From Candidatus Latescibacterota bacterium (lineage in GTDB: Bacteria > Latescibacterota > UBA2968): DNA of 64,000 nt. Location of the stretch: positions 2,976,001-3,040,000 of the forward strand of contig OZ242010.1 in the NCBI GenBank assembly GCA_965204745.1, in the 5' to 3' direction. Positions 47,162 through 57,714 of this stretch are shown piece after piece (position 1 is the stretch's first letter; every line of letters begins with the position of its first letter). A program made the position numbers and the translations under genes. Below the pieces are notes generated by a model, which saw only the letters and a program-made list of their open reading frames with translations, ran no database searches and had not been told where the DNA came from.

Positions 47162-48595
47162 ATGCGCCTGCAAAATTTGTTGGTCGATATCCCGCATCAC
47201 ACCTGCGGAACCAATCCCGATATCCGGGGCATTGCAACCCATTCGGGGCGCGTGCGAGAAGGCGACGTGTTTGTCGCGCTCGGTGGCGACGTGGATTTTG
47301 CAGACAGGCACCCCTTTGTTCCGCAGGCGGTTCGCGCAGGTGCCAAAGCCGTCGTTGCCGAGCGCGAAGTCGATGCGGGCGACACGGTGGTCGTGCAAAC
47401 CGAAAATACGCATCGCGCACTCGCGCATATCGCCCGCAGGTTTTACGGGTGCCCGACCGATGCGTTGACGATGATCGGGGTGACGGGCACGAATGGCAAG
47501 ACGTCGACCGCGCATCTCATCTACGCAGTGCTCGACGCGGCGGGGTTGGCACCGGGGTTGATTGGGACCATCGAACATCGACTCGGTCCAGACCGCGAGG
47601 TGTCGAATAATTCCACGCCGCAAGCGCACGACCTGCACCGCTTGTTTCGCGGGATGATCGACGCGGGTTGCCGGTCCGCCGTGATGGAGGTGACGTCGCA
47701 CGGGTTGGCACAAGATCGGGTGTTGGGCATCGATTACGACCTGGCCGCGTTCACCAATTTGACGCGGGATCACCTCGATTATCACGACACGCCAGCGGCG
47801 TACTTGGCGGCCAAGGCGCGGCTTTTTGACGGTCTGCGACCAGAGGCTTACGCGATAGTCAATGCGGATGATGCGGCGTGCGGCGCATTGATCAAAAACT
47901 GTTCGGCGCGCTTGTGGCATTATGGGCGGTCGCGCGATGCGCGGGTGCGGATTGTGGATGGGCGGGCGAAGCGGCTTTGGTTGCAAACGCCGGTTGGCGA
48001 GATGGCGCTAGAACTCGCGCTGCAGGGGGCGTTTCAATTGTACAATGTCGCGGCCGCGGTCAGCGTTGGTTTGGCACTGGGGGTCGCGCCTGAAATTATC
48101 GCGGAGGCGTTGCGCGAGGTTCGGGTGCCGGGGCGGTTTGAAGGCGTTGATTGCGGGCAGGATTTTGCGGTGGTTGTCGATTATGCCCACGCGCCCGACG
48201 GGTTGAAAAACGTGTTGCAAACCGCGCGCACGTCTGCCGATGGGCGGTTGATTTGCGTGTTTGGTTGCGGCGGGGACCGCGACCGAGGCAAGCGTCCCAC
48301 GATGGGCGCGTTGGCCGCGCAACTGGCGGATTTGTCGGTGGTGACGTCGGACAACCCGCGCACCGAAGACCCGGACGCGATTATCGCCGATATTTTGCCC
48401 GGCATGGGAGATGCGCCGCATCTCGTCGAACCGGATCGCAGGCGGGCTATCGAAAAGGCGATAGCCAAAGCGCGGCCCGGGGATTTGGTGTTGATCGCGG
48501 GCAAAGGGCACGAGGATTATCAGGAAGTTTGCGGGGTGAAGACCCCATTTGACGACCGCGAAGTTGCACGGGAAATTTTGCGATGGAAGGTTTGA
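47162..48595 (+). CDS. murE: UDP-MurNAc-dipeptide:meso-DAP ligase
   Basis: GVTGTNGKTS, NLTRDHLDYH, VDYAH.PD, SDNPR (DAP-specific motif). Confidence 0.96.
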   Translation: MRLQNLLVDIPHHTCGTNPDIRGIATHSGRVREGDVFVALGGDVDFADRHPFVPQAVRAGAKAVVAEREVDAGDTVVVQTENTHRALAHIARRFYGCPTDALTMIGVTGTNGKTSTAHLIYAVLDAAGLAPGLIGTIEHRLGPDREVSNNSTPQAHDLHRLFRGMIDAGCRSAVMEVTSHGLAQDRVLGIDYDLAAFTNLTRDHLDYHDTPAAYLAAKARLFDGLRPEAYAIVNADDAACGALIKNCSARLWHYGRSRDARVRIVDGRAKRLWLQTPVGEMALELALQGAFQLYNVAAAVSVGLALGVAPEIIAEALREVRVPGRFEGVDCGQDFAVVVDYAHAPDGLKNVLQTARTSADGRLICVFGCGGDRDRGKRPTMGALAAQLADLSVVTSDNPRTEDPDAIIADILPGMGDAPHLVEPDRRRAIEKAIAKARPGDLVLIAGKGHEDYQEVCGVKTPFDDREVAREILRWKV

Positions 48596-49944
48596 CCCTA
48601 TCAGACGTGATCCGCGCGGTGCGAGGCCGCTGGCTGGGCAAAGGCGATCCCGCTGCGATTGTGCCCACGGGGGTGAGCATCGATACGCGCACGCTCGAGC
48701 CGGGCGACGTTTTTTTTGCCCTGCCCGGGGCGCGGGTGGACGGTCACCGATTTGTCGCCTCGGCATTTGAAAAGGGCGCGTGCGCGGCGGTGGTCGGCGA
48801 GCAGTGGGGCACATCCCCTGCTGACGTGATCGCAGTCGAGGCGACGGATTTGGCCTTGGGCGATTTGGCGCGGGCGTATCGCAGGCGGTTCGACATTCCG
48901 GTGATCGGCATTACCGGGAGCAATGGCAAGACCACCACAAAGGATATGGTGTCCGCGGTGTTGGGCACGCGGTACCGGGTTTTGGCGACGCAGGGCAATC
49001 GCAATAACCGGTTGGGCTTGCCGCTCACGCTGTGTCAGTTGTCCGCAAACTACGACGTGGCGGTGATCGAAATGGGCATTAGCGAACGCGGTGGCATGCG
49101 CTATTTGTGCGAGATTGCACAACCGACGATGGGGATGATCACCAACATCGGCCCCGCACATATTGAATTTTTTGGCTCCGTAGAGGGTGTGGCAAAAGCC
49201 AAAGGGGAACTTCTGGATTATCTAAATGAGTCCTCAGTGACTATCTTGAATCTCGATGATCCGTTTTTGTTCAAGGAGAGAGCAAATGTTAAGGGGAGAC
49301 TCCTTGGCATTGGCATCGAGCAGATATGTCAGTTTCGTGGGGAGGGACTCAAACTGGACCGGAAGGGCTTGGGTCATTTCTCTCTGCGGGGCCATTCTTT
49401 TTTTCTGCCCATTCCGGGCATGCACAATGCGTACAACGCGCTGATGGCCGCGGCCACGGGTTGGGCACTCGATGTACCGTTGGAAGATGCGGCCCATGCG
49501 CTGGCGAATTTCGCGCCGACCAAATTGAGAAGTCAGGTGCTAGAACGCGCTGGGATTCGCCTGATCAACGACGCGTACAATGCCAATCCCGCGTCGATGC
49601 GGGCCGCGCTGAAGACCCTCTCGCACATCGAGGTATCGGGCAGGCGGGTCGCTGTGGTGGGCGATATGCGCGAGTTGGGCACCATGACCTGCGATGCCCA
49701 CCGCGACTTGGGCCGCGAAGCCGGAAACCGGCAAATTGACGCCCTGTTCGCCCTGGGCGATATGGCGCCCTTAGTGGTCGAAGGCGGTCGCGCTGCGGGC
49801 ATGGCCCAAGCCTGGGCGTACGCGGATCGAGACGCACTGACCGGCGCGCTGCGGGCATATCTAAAGCCCGGGGATTGCATGCTCGTCAAAGGCTCGCGCG
49901 GCATTGCGATGGAAGGCATCGTCTCCGCGCTCGGATTTGGATGA
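48583..49944 (+). CDS. murF: UDP-MurNAc-tripeptide:D-Ala-D-Ala ligase
   Basis: ITGSNGKTTTKD, NDAYNANPASM, GDMRELG, LVKGSRG. Confidence 0.96.
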   Translation: MEGLTLSDVIRAVRGRWLGKGDPAAIVPTGVSIDTRTLEPGDVFFALPGARVDGHRFVASAFEKGACAAVVGEQWGTSPADVIAVEATDLALGDLARAYRRRFDIPVIGITGSNGKTTTKDMVSAVLGTRYRVLATQGNRNNRLGLPLTLCQLSANYDVAVIEMGISERGGMRYLCEIAQPTMGMITNIGPAHIEFFGSVEGVAKAKGELLDYLNESSVTILNLDDPFLFKERANVKGRLLGIGIEQICQFRGEGLKLDRKGLGHFSLRGHSFFLPIPGMHNAYNALMAAATGWALDVPLEDAAHALANFAPTKLRSQVLERAGIRLINDAYNANPASMRAALKTLSHIEVSGRRVAVVGDMRELGTMTCDAHRDLGREAGNRQIDALFALGDMAPLVVEGGRAAGMAQAWAYADRDALTGALRAYLKPGDCMLVKGSRGIAMEGIVSALGFG

Positions 49945-50595
49945 AGGACCTACCCCCTAACCCCCTTCCTGCGAGGAAGGGGGGAATGGCGAGAGGTTGT
50001 GCGAGGGGTTTGGGTTTCCAGGGCGTGATCTATTTGCTCAAAGCCATCAGAACAGCTAGGGAGACAAACCTTCAAAAAGCCATGCGCTCCCCCTTTCCTT
50101 GTAGGAAAGGGGGCCGGGGGGATAGGTCCTACGAGGAAGGGGAAGAACATCCATCGTTCGTTTTAAGACCCGTTCTAAGGGGCGATTCTATAATGGATGA
50201 CACGTTCATGTCTTTGGATGATGGGTTGCAGCTTGCTTCTTACTCGCTTTCTACTCTTAATTCGCGTTGACAACCGACCACTGACAACTGACAACCGCCC
50301 CTACGATCTCACGTCTCGCCTTTGGGCGGGGCTGGGCGGCCTTCTCACCTCTTGCATCTCACCTCTCACCGCTTGGGGCGGTGGGGCGGGGACTGACAAC
50401 TGACCACTGACAACTGACCACTGACCACTGACCACCGCCTATTGCTTCGGGCGAGCACGGAGGCATCGCCCCTACACATATCGCTCACCTTTTGTGCCTT
50501 TTGTGCCTTTTGTGGCTAAAATTCCATCTCACCTCTTACCGCTTTGGGCGGCGGGGCGGGGACTGACAACTGACAACCGACCACTGACAACTGAT
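49945..50595. repeat. Composite repeat patch occupying the usual mraY-murD position
   Basis: MITE/REPIN-like copy 49945-50130, ~130-bp element 50148-50275, heptamers, GTAG-type REP, TTTTGTGCC repeats. Confidence 0.85.
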
Positions 50596-50598
50596 TTT

Positions 50599-51804
50599 AT
50601 GGCACTCGTGAACGAACAAGAAGCGCATCGGACTTGGATTTCACTGCTGCTCACCGTGGTCATGCTCGTGGGCTTGGGGCTGGTGATGGTGTATAGCGCG
50701 AGTTCTGGGTTGGCGCAACTGCGGTTTGACAATGGGCATTTTTTTCTCAAACGCTGGGGCATTCGCATGCTCATCAGCTTGGGGGTAATGGTCGTGTTGA
50801 TCCACATCGACTATCGGGTGTGGCGCAAGTACGCACGGGTCCTGCTGGCGTTGGGGTTCGCGCTTTTGATGGTGGTGCTCGTGCTCAAGGTGTTGGGCAT
50901 TGGCAAGGTGCGCGGCGCGTATCGCTGGATCCCCTTGCCGGGCGGGCAGTTTCAACCCGCGGACATGATGCGAATGGTGCTGGTGCTCTACTTGGCGGAT
51001 TCCCTCACGCGCAAGCAAGACGTGGTCGCAACTTTCAAGGCCGGCTTTTTGCCCCACGCGATTGTCATCGGCACGGCGATGGCGATGATCATCCTGCAAC
51101 CGGATTTGGGCACGGCCCTGGCGATTGGGCTGACCTGCGCGGCAATGCTCTTTTTGGCCGGCGTGCGCTTGCGCCATCTGATTGCGACGAGTGTGGGGCT
51201 GTTGCCCTTTTTGTACGTGATCGTCTTCGTGTTGGGCTATCGCCGCGAGCGCGTGATGACGTTTCTCGCCCCGAGTGCTGACGTACACGACACGGGCTAT
51301 CACTTGGCGCAATCCCTGCTCGCACTGGGCAGCGGCGGGGTGTGGGGCACCGGGTTGGGGCAGGGCCAGCAAAAGTATTTCTTTTTGCCCGAGCCGCATA
51401 CGGATTTTGTGTATAGCATCGTGGGCGAAGAACTCGGCTTGTTGGGCACACTGCTCGTTTTGATTTTGTTCTTGATCTTTGGCCGGCTGGGCTTTCGCAT
51501 CGCCCGCAAGGCGCCCGATACGTTTGGCTTTTTGTTCGCATCGGGCATTACGATGACGATTTTGATTTACGCTTTGATCAACATGGGTGTGGCGACCGGG
51601 CTGCTGCCCGTCACGGGACTTCCCCTTCCCTTTATCAGCTACGGTGGTTCCGCCTTGATGTTCACGCTCGCTGCAACGGGCGTTTTGATCGGCATTGGTC
51701 GGGCGAGTTCCCGAAGCGGTGCCCATCGCTCGCCGCATACGTCGCAAGCCAGTCCCCGGCACGCGGTGTACAGACGGCGTCCTCTCACCATTTCCCCGCG
51801 TTGA
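50599..51804 (+). CDS. ftsW: Peptidoglycan polymerase FtsW
   Basis: GLVMVYSAS, QPDLGT, LPEPHTDF, GEELG, PVTGLPLPFISYGGS. Confidence 0.95.
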   Translation: MALVNEQEAHRTWISLLLTVVMLVGLGLVMVYSASSGLAQLRFDNGHFFLKRWGIRMLISLGVMVVLIHIDYRVWRKYARVLLALGFALLMVVLVLKVLGIGKVRGAYRWIPLPGGQFQPADMMRMVLVLYLADSLTRKQDVVATFKAGFLPHAIVIGTAMAMIILQPDLGTALAIGLTCAAMLFLAGVRLRHLIATSVGLLPFLYVIVFVLGYRRERVMTFLAPSADVHDTGYHLAQSLLALGSGGVWGTGLGQGQQKYFFLPEPHTDFVYSIVGEELGLLGTLLVLILFLIFGRLGFRIARKAPDTFGFLFASGITMTILIYALINMGVATGLLPVTGLPLPFISYGGSALMFTLAATGVLIGIGRASSRSGAHRSPHTSQASPRHAVYRRRPLTISPR

Positions 51805-53177
51805 ACGATTTGACTATGGTTGGATTCGACGCTGGAACCCGAGTGCATTTTGTCGGCATTGGCGGCATCGGCATGAGCGCGTTGGCCGAATTGCTCGCGC
51901 TACGCGGGTGCATCGTCTCGGGTTCCGACCGCCAGGCCTCGCCCCTGACCCGGCATTTGGCACACTTGGGCATGCCCATCCAAATTGGGCACGCGCCGCA
52001 GGCGGTACCCCAGGCGGATTGCGTCGTGTACACGTCGGCGACAGATGCCGACAATCCAGAGAGACGCGTTGCCCGAGAACGCGGCATTCCCTTGGTGCGG
52101 CGCGCGGAGTTGCTCGGGCACCTCGCGCGGGCACACCCGACGATTTGCATAGCGGGCACGCACGGCAAGACCACTACCACGGCGATGATCGCGGAAATGC
52201 TCACCGCCGCGGGATGGGATCCCACCGTGCTCGTGGGCGGGATCATGCGGGGGAGGAAATCCGCATTGCGCCTGGGCGAGGGCGGGTTCTGGGTGGTGGA
52301 AGCCGATGAGTACGACCGCTCGTTTTTGACCTTAAAACCACAACTTGCCGCGGTGACCGCGCTAGAGCCGGATCACCTCGATTGCTACCGAGATATGGAC
52401 GATATTCGCTCGACATTTGAACGCTTTGTCAATGCCCTGCCAGACGATGGCTGCGCGGTGTTGTGTGCGGACGCGCCCGAGATTCGCAGGCTCGATCTCG
52501 ACGATCGCTTTGAGACGATCACCTGCGGGCTGATGGCCGGGGATTTGCGCGCGAACGCCATCGCACAAGCCGGGTTTGGCATGGAATTTGACGCGGTGAC
52601 AAAGGATGCGCGGTTGGGGCATGTGCGCCTTCGCGTGCCGGGAGAACACAACGTGAGCAACGCGCTGATCGCGCTCGGGGTGGGCATCCATCTGGGGTTG
52701 GATTGGGCAGAGATGCGCGCGGGCCTCGAGGGGTTTCGCGGGGTGCATCGCCGGTTTGAGGTGCTCGGTCGGGCGCGGGGGATCGCCGTGGTCGATGATT
52801 ACGCGCATCATCCCACGGAAGTTGCGGCGACCCTATATGCTGCGAAGCGCGGCTGGGACGGGCGCGTCGTGGTGGCGTTTCAACCGCATCTGTTCACGCG
52901 CACGCGGGATTTTGCCGATGGCTTTGTCCGGGCGTTGCGAGAGGCTGCCCGCGTGTGGATCACCGAGATTTATCCCGCACGCGAGGACCCCATCGCAGGG
53001 GTCGATGGACAATGGCTCGCGGATCGGATTCCCGGGGCGCAGTACGCGCCCACGTTGGGCGAGTTAAAAACTGCATTATTGGACGATTTGCGCGCTGGGG
53101 ATTTGCTGTTGGTGATGGGCGCGGGCGATATCGAGACCGTGGCTGGCGACGTTTTTCAAACTCTGCGAGAGATGTAA
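51801..53177 (+). CDS. murC: UDP-MurNAc:L-alanine ligase
   Basis: HFVGIGGIGMSALA, GTHGKTTTT, EADEYD, DDYAHHPTE, FQPHLFTRT; start may be 51816. Confidence 0.96.
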   Translation: MNDLTMVGFDAGTRVHFVGIGGIGMSALAELLALRGCIVSGSDRQASPLTRHLAHLGMPIQIGHAPQAVPQADCVVYTSATDADNPERRVARERGIPLVRRAELLGHLARAHPTICIAGTHGKTTTTAMIAEMLTAAGWDPTVLVGGIMRGRKSALRLGEGGFWVVEADEYDRSFLTLKPQLAAVTALEPDHLDCYRDMDDIRSTFERFVNALPDDGCAVLCADAPEIRRLDLDDRFETITCGLMAGDLRANAIAQAGFGMEFDAVTKDARLGHVRLRVPGEHNVSNALIALGVGIHLGLDWAEMRAGLEGFRGVHRRFEVLGRARGIAVVDDYAHHPTEVAATLYAAKRGWDGRVVVAFQPHLFTRTRDFADGFVRALREAARVWITEIYPAREDPIAGVDGQWLADRIPGAQYAPTLGELKTALLDDLRAGDLLLVMGAGDIETVAGDVFQTLREM

Positions 53178-53180
53178 GCG

Positions 53181-54101
53181 ATGCGCGATAACCACTGCGA
53201 TTTGCTCGCGCGAGAGCTCGAAGCGCGATGCCGGGGCAAACTCAAGCGCGATGAGCCGTTGGGCAAACACACGACTTTTGGCGTGGGCGGCGCGGCAGAT
53301 CTGTTTTTCGCCCCGGCCGATCTCGAGGATTTGGCGCGCGCCGTGCCATTGCTGAAAGATGCGGGCGTGCCGATTTTCCCCTTGGGCGGCGGGACGAATA
53401 CGCTGGTGCGCGATAGCGGGTTTCGCGGGTTGGTGGTTTCGCTCACCGCGGGCGCACGGCAACTAAAAATGGGCGGGGATGAGGTGGTCGCCCAGGCCGG
53501 GGCGAGTACGCAAGTGGTGGCGCGGCAATGCCAGCGCGCGGGCAAGTCCGGCTTGGAATTTGGTTGCGGGATCCCAGGCAGCATCGGCGGCGCGATTTGG
53601 GGCAATGCAGGTGCGTGGGGCGGCGAGACGCTGGAGGCGTTGACGCGGTTGCGCGGCGTGGATCTCGGCACGGGCCAAGCCCTTTGTCTCGCGCAGGCCG
53701 ATATTTCGTTTGGGTATCGGTACGCGGATCTGCCCGAGGATCTGCTCATCGTCGAAGCCGGGTTTCGCGTGGCCGAAGGCGATCCCCAAGCCATCGCCGG
53801 GGACATGGATCGCATGTTGGCAGAGCGGAAGGACACACAACCCCTGGCGAACCGCAGTTGTGGGTGCATTTTTAAGAATCCGCCAGGGCACTCTGCGGGC
53901 GCGCTCATCGATCGGGCCGGGTGCAAGGGCATGGCGGTCCGCACGGTTTCGGTTTCAGAGGTGCATGCCAATTTTATGGTCAATTTGGGTGGGCATTCCG
54001 CCGACGATGTGCTCGCGTTGATCGAGCGGGTTCGCGCACGCGTTTTTGAGGTTCACGAAGTTGAACTCGAGACAGAAGTCCAAATCGTAGGAGAGCCATA
54101 A
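53181..54101 (+). CDS. murB: UDP-N-acetylenolpyruvoylglucosamine reductase
   Basis: HTTFGVGG.A, GIPGSIGGA..NAGAWG, SCGCIFKNP, HANFMVN. Confidence 0.96.
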   Translation: MRDNHCDLLARELEARCRGKLKRDEPLGKHTTFGVGGAADLFFAPADLEDLARAVPLLKDAGVPIFPLGGGTNTLVRDSGFRGLVVSLTAGARQLKMGGDEVVAQAGASTQVVARQCQRAGKSGLEFGCGIPGSIGGAIWGNAGAWGGETLEALTRLRGVDLGTGQALCLAQADISFGYRYADLPEDLLIVEAGFRVAEGDPQAIAGDMDRMLAERKDTQPLANRSCGCIFKNPPGHSAGALIDRAGCKGMAVRTVSVSEVHANFMVNLGGHSADDVLALIERVRARVFEVHEVELETEVQIVGEP

Positions 54102-54121
54102 CCTTTTTTGAGGAGGGGTTT

Positions 54122-54922
54122 ATGTCGAGACAGAGAGCGGGTTACACGTCTTACAGGTCTGGAAAGAATGTGTTTTTGAATGCGCGGCCCGTGCAGAGGC
54201 GACCGCGCAGGTTCGCGCGCTGGGCGATGGTGATGACCGTGTTGGGCCTGCTGGTCGTGGGCATTCAAAATGCCTATTCCTCGCTGGCGGATTCCGAGTT
54301 TTTTCGCATGGCGCGGATCAAGGTGCGCGGCAATACCCTGGTGGCTGACGCGGATGTGATCGCGTGGTCGCAGTTGCAGGTGGGCACCAATTTGTTCGCC
54401 TGTGATATCGCCTCGGCAACCGAGCGCATCGCGCAACAGCCGATGGTCAAAAAGGCACTGCTGTTGCGAGAACCGCCAGAGACGCTGGTGATCGTTTTGG
54501 AAGAACGCCGTCCCGTGGGCATGGTGAACGCGCCAGAGGGGTTGATGGGCTTGGATGCGTCTGGCAAAATTTTTCCCCTGAAGCCTTCTGCACAAGTGGA
54601 TTTGCCCATTTTGACCGGCATAAGTTCGCATCGGGACGCCGACGGGCGGTGGACGCGCGCACTGGCCGGGTTTGTGGCGGAGTTGCAAATCCGCACGCCG
54701 GCGTTTTGGCGCGAGATTTCAGAAATTCGCACGGATGATCCCCGGTCCGCGACCGTGTATTTGGTGGCCGATGATTTGGCCCTCAAAATGCGTTTTGAAA
54801 ACCCGGAACAGCAGATTCGGAATTTCCGCGCCTATACCCAGGCCGCATCCCCGCCTGGGCGAGCCCTCGCGTATATCGACTTGCGGTATCGGGATCAAGT
54901 GGTCGTGGGCAAGCGCGAATGA
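54122..54922 (+). CDS. ftsQ: Cell division protein FtsQ/DivIB
   Basis: TM plus POTRA-like segment, YIDLRY.DQVV; lies before ftsA. Confidence 0.85.
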   Translation: MSRQRAGYTSYRSGKNVFLNARPVQRRPRRFARWAMVMTVLGLLVVGIQNAYSSLADSEFFRMARIKVRGNTLVADADVIAWSQLQVGTNLFACDIASATERIAQQPMVKKALLLREPPETLVIVLEERRPVGMVNAPEGLMGLDASGKIFPLKPSAQVDLPILTGISSHRDADGRWTRALAGFVAELQIRTPAFWREISEIRTDDPRSATVYLVADDLALKMRFENPEQQIRNFRAYTQAASPPGRALAYIDLRYRDQVVVGKRE

Positions 54923-56157
54923 GTGAAAGGACACGCACGATGGATCGAATCGTTGGACTCGATATTGGCACCACCAAAATTTGCGCGATAGTGGCGGAAG
55001 TGGAAGAGGATGACGCGGTCAAAATTACGGGCTTGGGCAGCAGCCCTTCCGACGGCCTCAAGCGCGGGGTGGTGGTCAATGTGGAACAAACCGTGCAGTC
55101 GATTCGCACGGCAATCGACGCGGCGCAGGAGATGTCCGGCACGCGCATCGGCGCGGTTTACGCGGGCATTTCCGGGGATCACATCCACAGCGTGAATACG
55201 CGCGCCGAGGCACCCGTGTCCGGGCAGGACAATGAGATTACGCCGGATGATACGCAGCGCGTGGTCAAAGCAGCGGAAGAGGCCGTGCCCATTCCAAAGG
55301 ATCAGGAGATCATCCATGTGTTGCCGCAGTCGTTTGAGGTGGATGGACAACCGGGGATCAAGGATCCAGTCGGCATGTCCGGCGTGCGCCTCAAAGCGGA
55401 TGTGCATATCGTTACTGCGGCCGTGACATCCGCGCAAAATATTTGCAAGAGCATTCGCCGCGCCGGGTTAGAGGTGGCGGATTTGGTGCTGGGGCCCATC
55501 GCGTCGAGTCGCGCGGTTTTGACCCCGGACGAAGAGGAGATGGGCGTGGCGCTGATCGATATCGGCGGGGGCACGACCGATTTGGCGGTGTTTTACGACA
55601 GCGCGGTTCGCCATACCGCTGTGGTGGGCTTGGGGGGCACAAATGTGACGCAGGACATGGCGATTGGTTTGCGGACGCCCTGGAAACAAGCCGAGACCCT
55701 GAAGTGCGAACGCGGTTGCGCCTTGAAATCGCTGGTGGCCCTCAACGATATGGTGGATGTGCCAGGGGTTGCCGGGCGGCCCGACCGACAGGTGTCGCGC
55801 ATGAAGATGACCTCGATTATCGAAGCGCGCCTGGAAGAGATTTTTGTCTATGTGAACCAAGAGATTCGACGCACCGAGTACGCGAATAGGCTCGGCGCGG
55901 GCATCGTGCTCACCGGCGGCGGCGCCACGCTTGAAGGCAGCGCGGAACTCGCCCAAGAGGTTTTCGACATGCCCGCGACAGTGAAGCATCCCCAAGACGT
56001 GACGGGCCGCAATGTGAAAGACCCGGTCTATTCGACGAGCGTGGGGTTGTTGTACTTTGGGCTGTACAATCCGAATCACGGTTTTATGGCGGACGAAGGC
56101 GATTTTTTGGATTCGGTCTTTGGCCGCATGAAAAACTGGATTCGCAATTTTTTTTGA
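54919..56157 (+). CDS. ftsA: Cell division protein FtsA
   Basis: GLDIGTTKI, IDIGGGTTD, GIVLTGGG. Confidence 0.96.
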   Translation: MSERTRTMDRIVGLDIGTTKICAIVAEVEEDDAVKITGLGSSPSDGLKRGVVVNVEQTVQSIRTAIDAAQEMSGTRIGAVYAGISGDHIHSVNTRAEAPVSGQDNEITPDDTQRVVKAAEEAVPIPKDQEIIHVLPQSFEVDGQPGIKDPVGMSGVRLKADVHIVTAAVTSAQNICKSIRRAGLEVADLVLGPIASSRAVLTPDEEEMGVALIDIGGGTTDLAVFYDSAVRHTAVVGLGGTNVTQDMAIGLRTPWKQAETLKCERGCALKSLVALNDMVDVPGVAGRPDRQVSRMKMTSIIEARLEEIFVYVNQEIRRTEYANRLGAGIVLTGGGATLEGSAELAQEVFDMPATVKHPQDVTGRNVKDPVYSTSVGLLYFGLYNPNHGFMADEGDFLDSVFGRMKNWIRNFF

Positions 56158-56187
56158 TGTGCTAACCGCTCATGCAGGAGGTATCTC

Positions 56188-57435
56188 ATGGTAACATTTT
56201 CTATTCTGAACGCCGATAGCCACGCCAAAATTCGGGTCGTCGGAGTCGGGGGGTCGGGTGGCAATGCGATCAACCGCATGATCGAGTCGGATTTGCAAGG
56301 CGTGGAGTTCATCGCCATCAACACCGATGAACAAGACCTCGAAATGTCGCAGGCGTCTCGGTGCATCCAAATCGGGCGCAATGTGACGCGCGGGTTGGGC
56401 GCAGGCGCGAATCCGGAAATCGGCGCGCAGGCCATCGAGGAGGATCGCGACGAGGTCGCCGAGGTCCTGTCCGGGTCCGATATGGTCTTTGTCACCGCGG
56501 GCATGGGCGGGGGCACGGGTACTGGCGCTGCGCCCATCGTGGCCGATATCGCCCGCAGTGCGGACGCGCTGACCGTGGGCATCGTGAGCACGCCGTTTAA
56601 GATGGAGGGCATGCCGCGCATGCGAAATGCCCAATCGGGCATCGACGCGCTGAAGAAGGCCGCGGATACCGTGATCATCATTCCCAATCAGCGCCTGTTG
56701 GAGATCAGTTCCGAAGACACCACCTTGCGCGATGCGTTTTTGATCGCGGACGATGTGTTGTTGCAGGCCACGCGGGGGATTTCCGATTTGATCACCATCC
56801 CCGGCATGGTGAATCTCGATTTTAATGACGTGCGTACCGTGATGCAATCCGGGGGCGACGCGCTGATGGGCACGGCCGAGGCGACGGGCGAGAACCGCGC
56901 TGTGAACGCAGCCGAGAAAGCATTGAACAGCCCCTTGCTCGACAATGTGTCAGTCGCAGGCGCGCAAGGGGTGTTGGTGAATATCTCGGCGAGCAGCGAG
57001 TTGAAGTTGTTCGAGATGGATCGCGCGGTGAATCTCATTACCGATGCCGTGGGCCACGAGGCCAATATCATCTGGGGCACAGTGCTCGACGACAGCATGC
57101 GGGACGAGTTGCGCGTGACCGTGATCGCCACCGGGTTCAATAAAAATCCGTCGGATAAGGTGCATTCCAACGGCGCGAATCTATCCTATCACCCGACCGC
57201 GAAGCCGAGTTCCGAGACCGACGACGAGACCGACCCATCCGAGATCGAGACCGACGACGAGAATGTGCCCGCTTATATGCGGAAGTACGATGTGCCCGCG
57301 TTTATGCGGAAAACGGACGCCCGAGATGATGATGGCGATCTCGATTTGGACACGGACGAAAAACCAGAAAAAGACCGCGTGTCTGACGATCTGGACTACC
57401 CATCCTTCCTCCGCAGGCAGGTGCAAGGGGGGTAA
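56188..57435 (+). CDS. ftsZ: Cell division protein FtsZ
   Basis: GLGAGANP, AGMGGGTGTG, NLDFNDV, C-terminal LDYPSFLR. Confidence 0.98.
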   Translation: MVTFSILNADSHAKIRVVGVGGSGGNAINRMIESDLQGVEFIAINTDEQDLEMSQASRCIQIGRNVTRGLGAGANPEIGAQAIEEDRDEVAEVLSGSDMVFVTAGMGGGTGTGAAPIVADIARSADALTVGIVSTPFKMEGMPRMRNAQSGIDALKKAADTVIIIPNQRLLEISSEDTTLRDAFLIADDVLLQATRGISDLITIPGMVNLDFNDVRTVMQSGGDALMGTAEATGENRAVNAAEKALNSPLLDNVSVAGAQGVLVNISASSELKLFEMDRAVNLITDAVGHEANIIWGTVLDDSMRDELRVTVIATGFNKNPSDKVHSNGANLSYHPTAKPSSETDDETDPSEIETDDENVPAYMRKYDVPAFMRKTDARDDDGDLDLDTDEKPEKDRVSDDLDYPSFLRRQVQGG

Positions 57436-57490
57436 GAGGGGAGAGGCAAGAGGGGAGAGGCAAGAGGGGAAGAGGGGAGAAGGGAGACGT
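57436..57490. repeat. Purine-rich heptamer run (GAGGGGA/GAGGCAA)
   Basis: Directly after the ftsZ stop; same family as 11126-11242 and 18818-18848. Confidence 0.7.
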
Positions 57491-57714
57491 ATTCAAAATC
57501 TTGGTGGAACTGATCGCTGACCCCTTGGGACGCAAGGCCAGGGTCACGCACACGGCGGGGTGAGGCCGCACGGCCGGATGGGGAGGCGAAGGACACAGCG
57601 CAGGGGAAGGGCGAAGCGGCGGTAGGGCGGTGGGGGGCTCTTGCCTCTTACTTGGGGATAGGGCTTGCGGTTGGGCGGATGGGCACGCACGGGCCGCTCG
57701 GCAACGAGGTGTTA

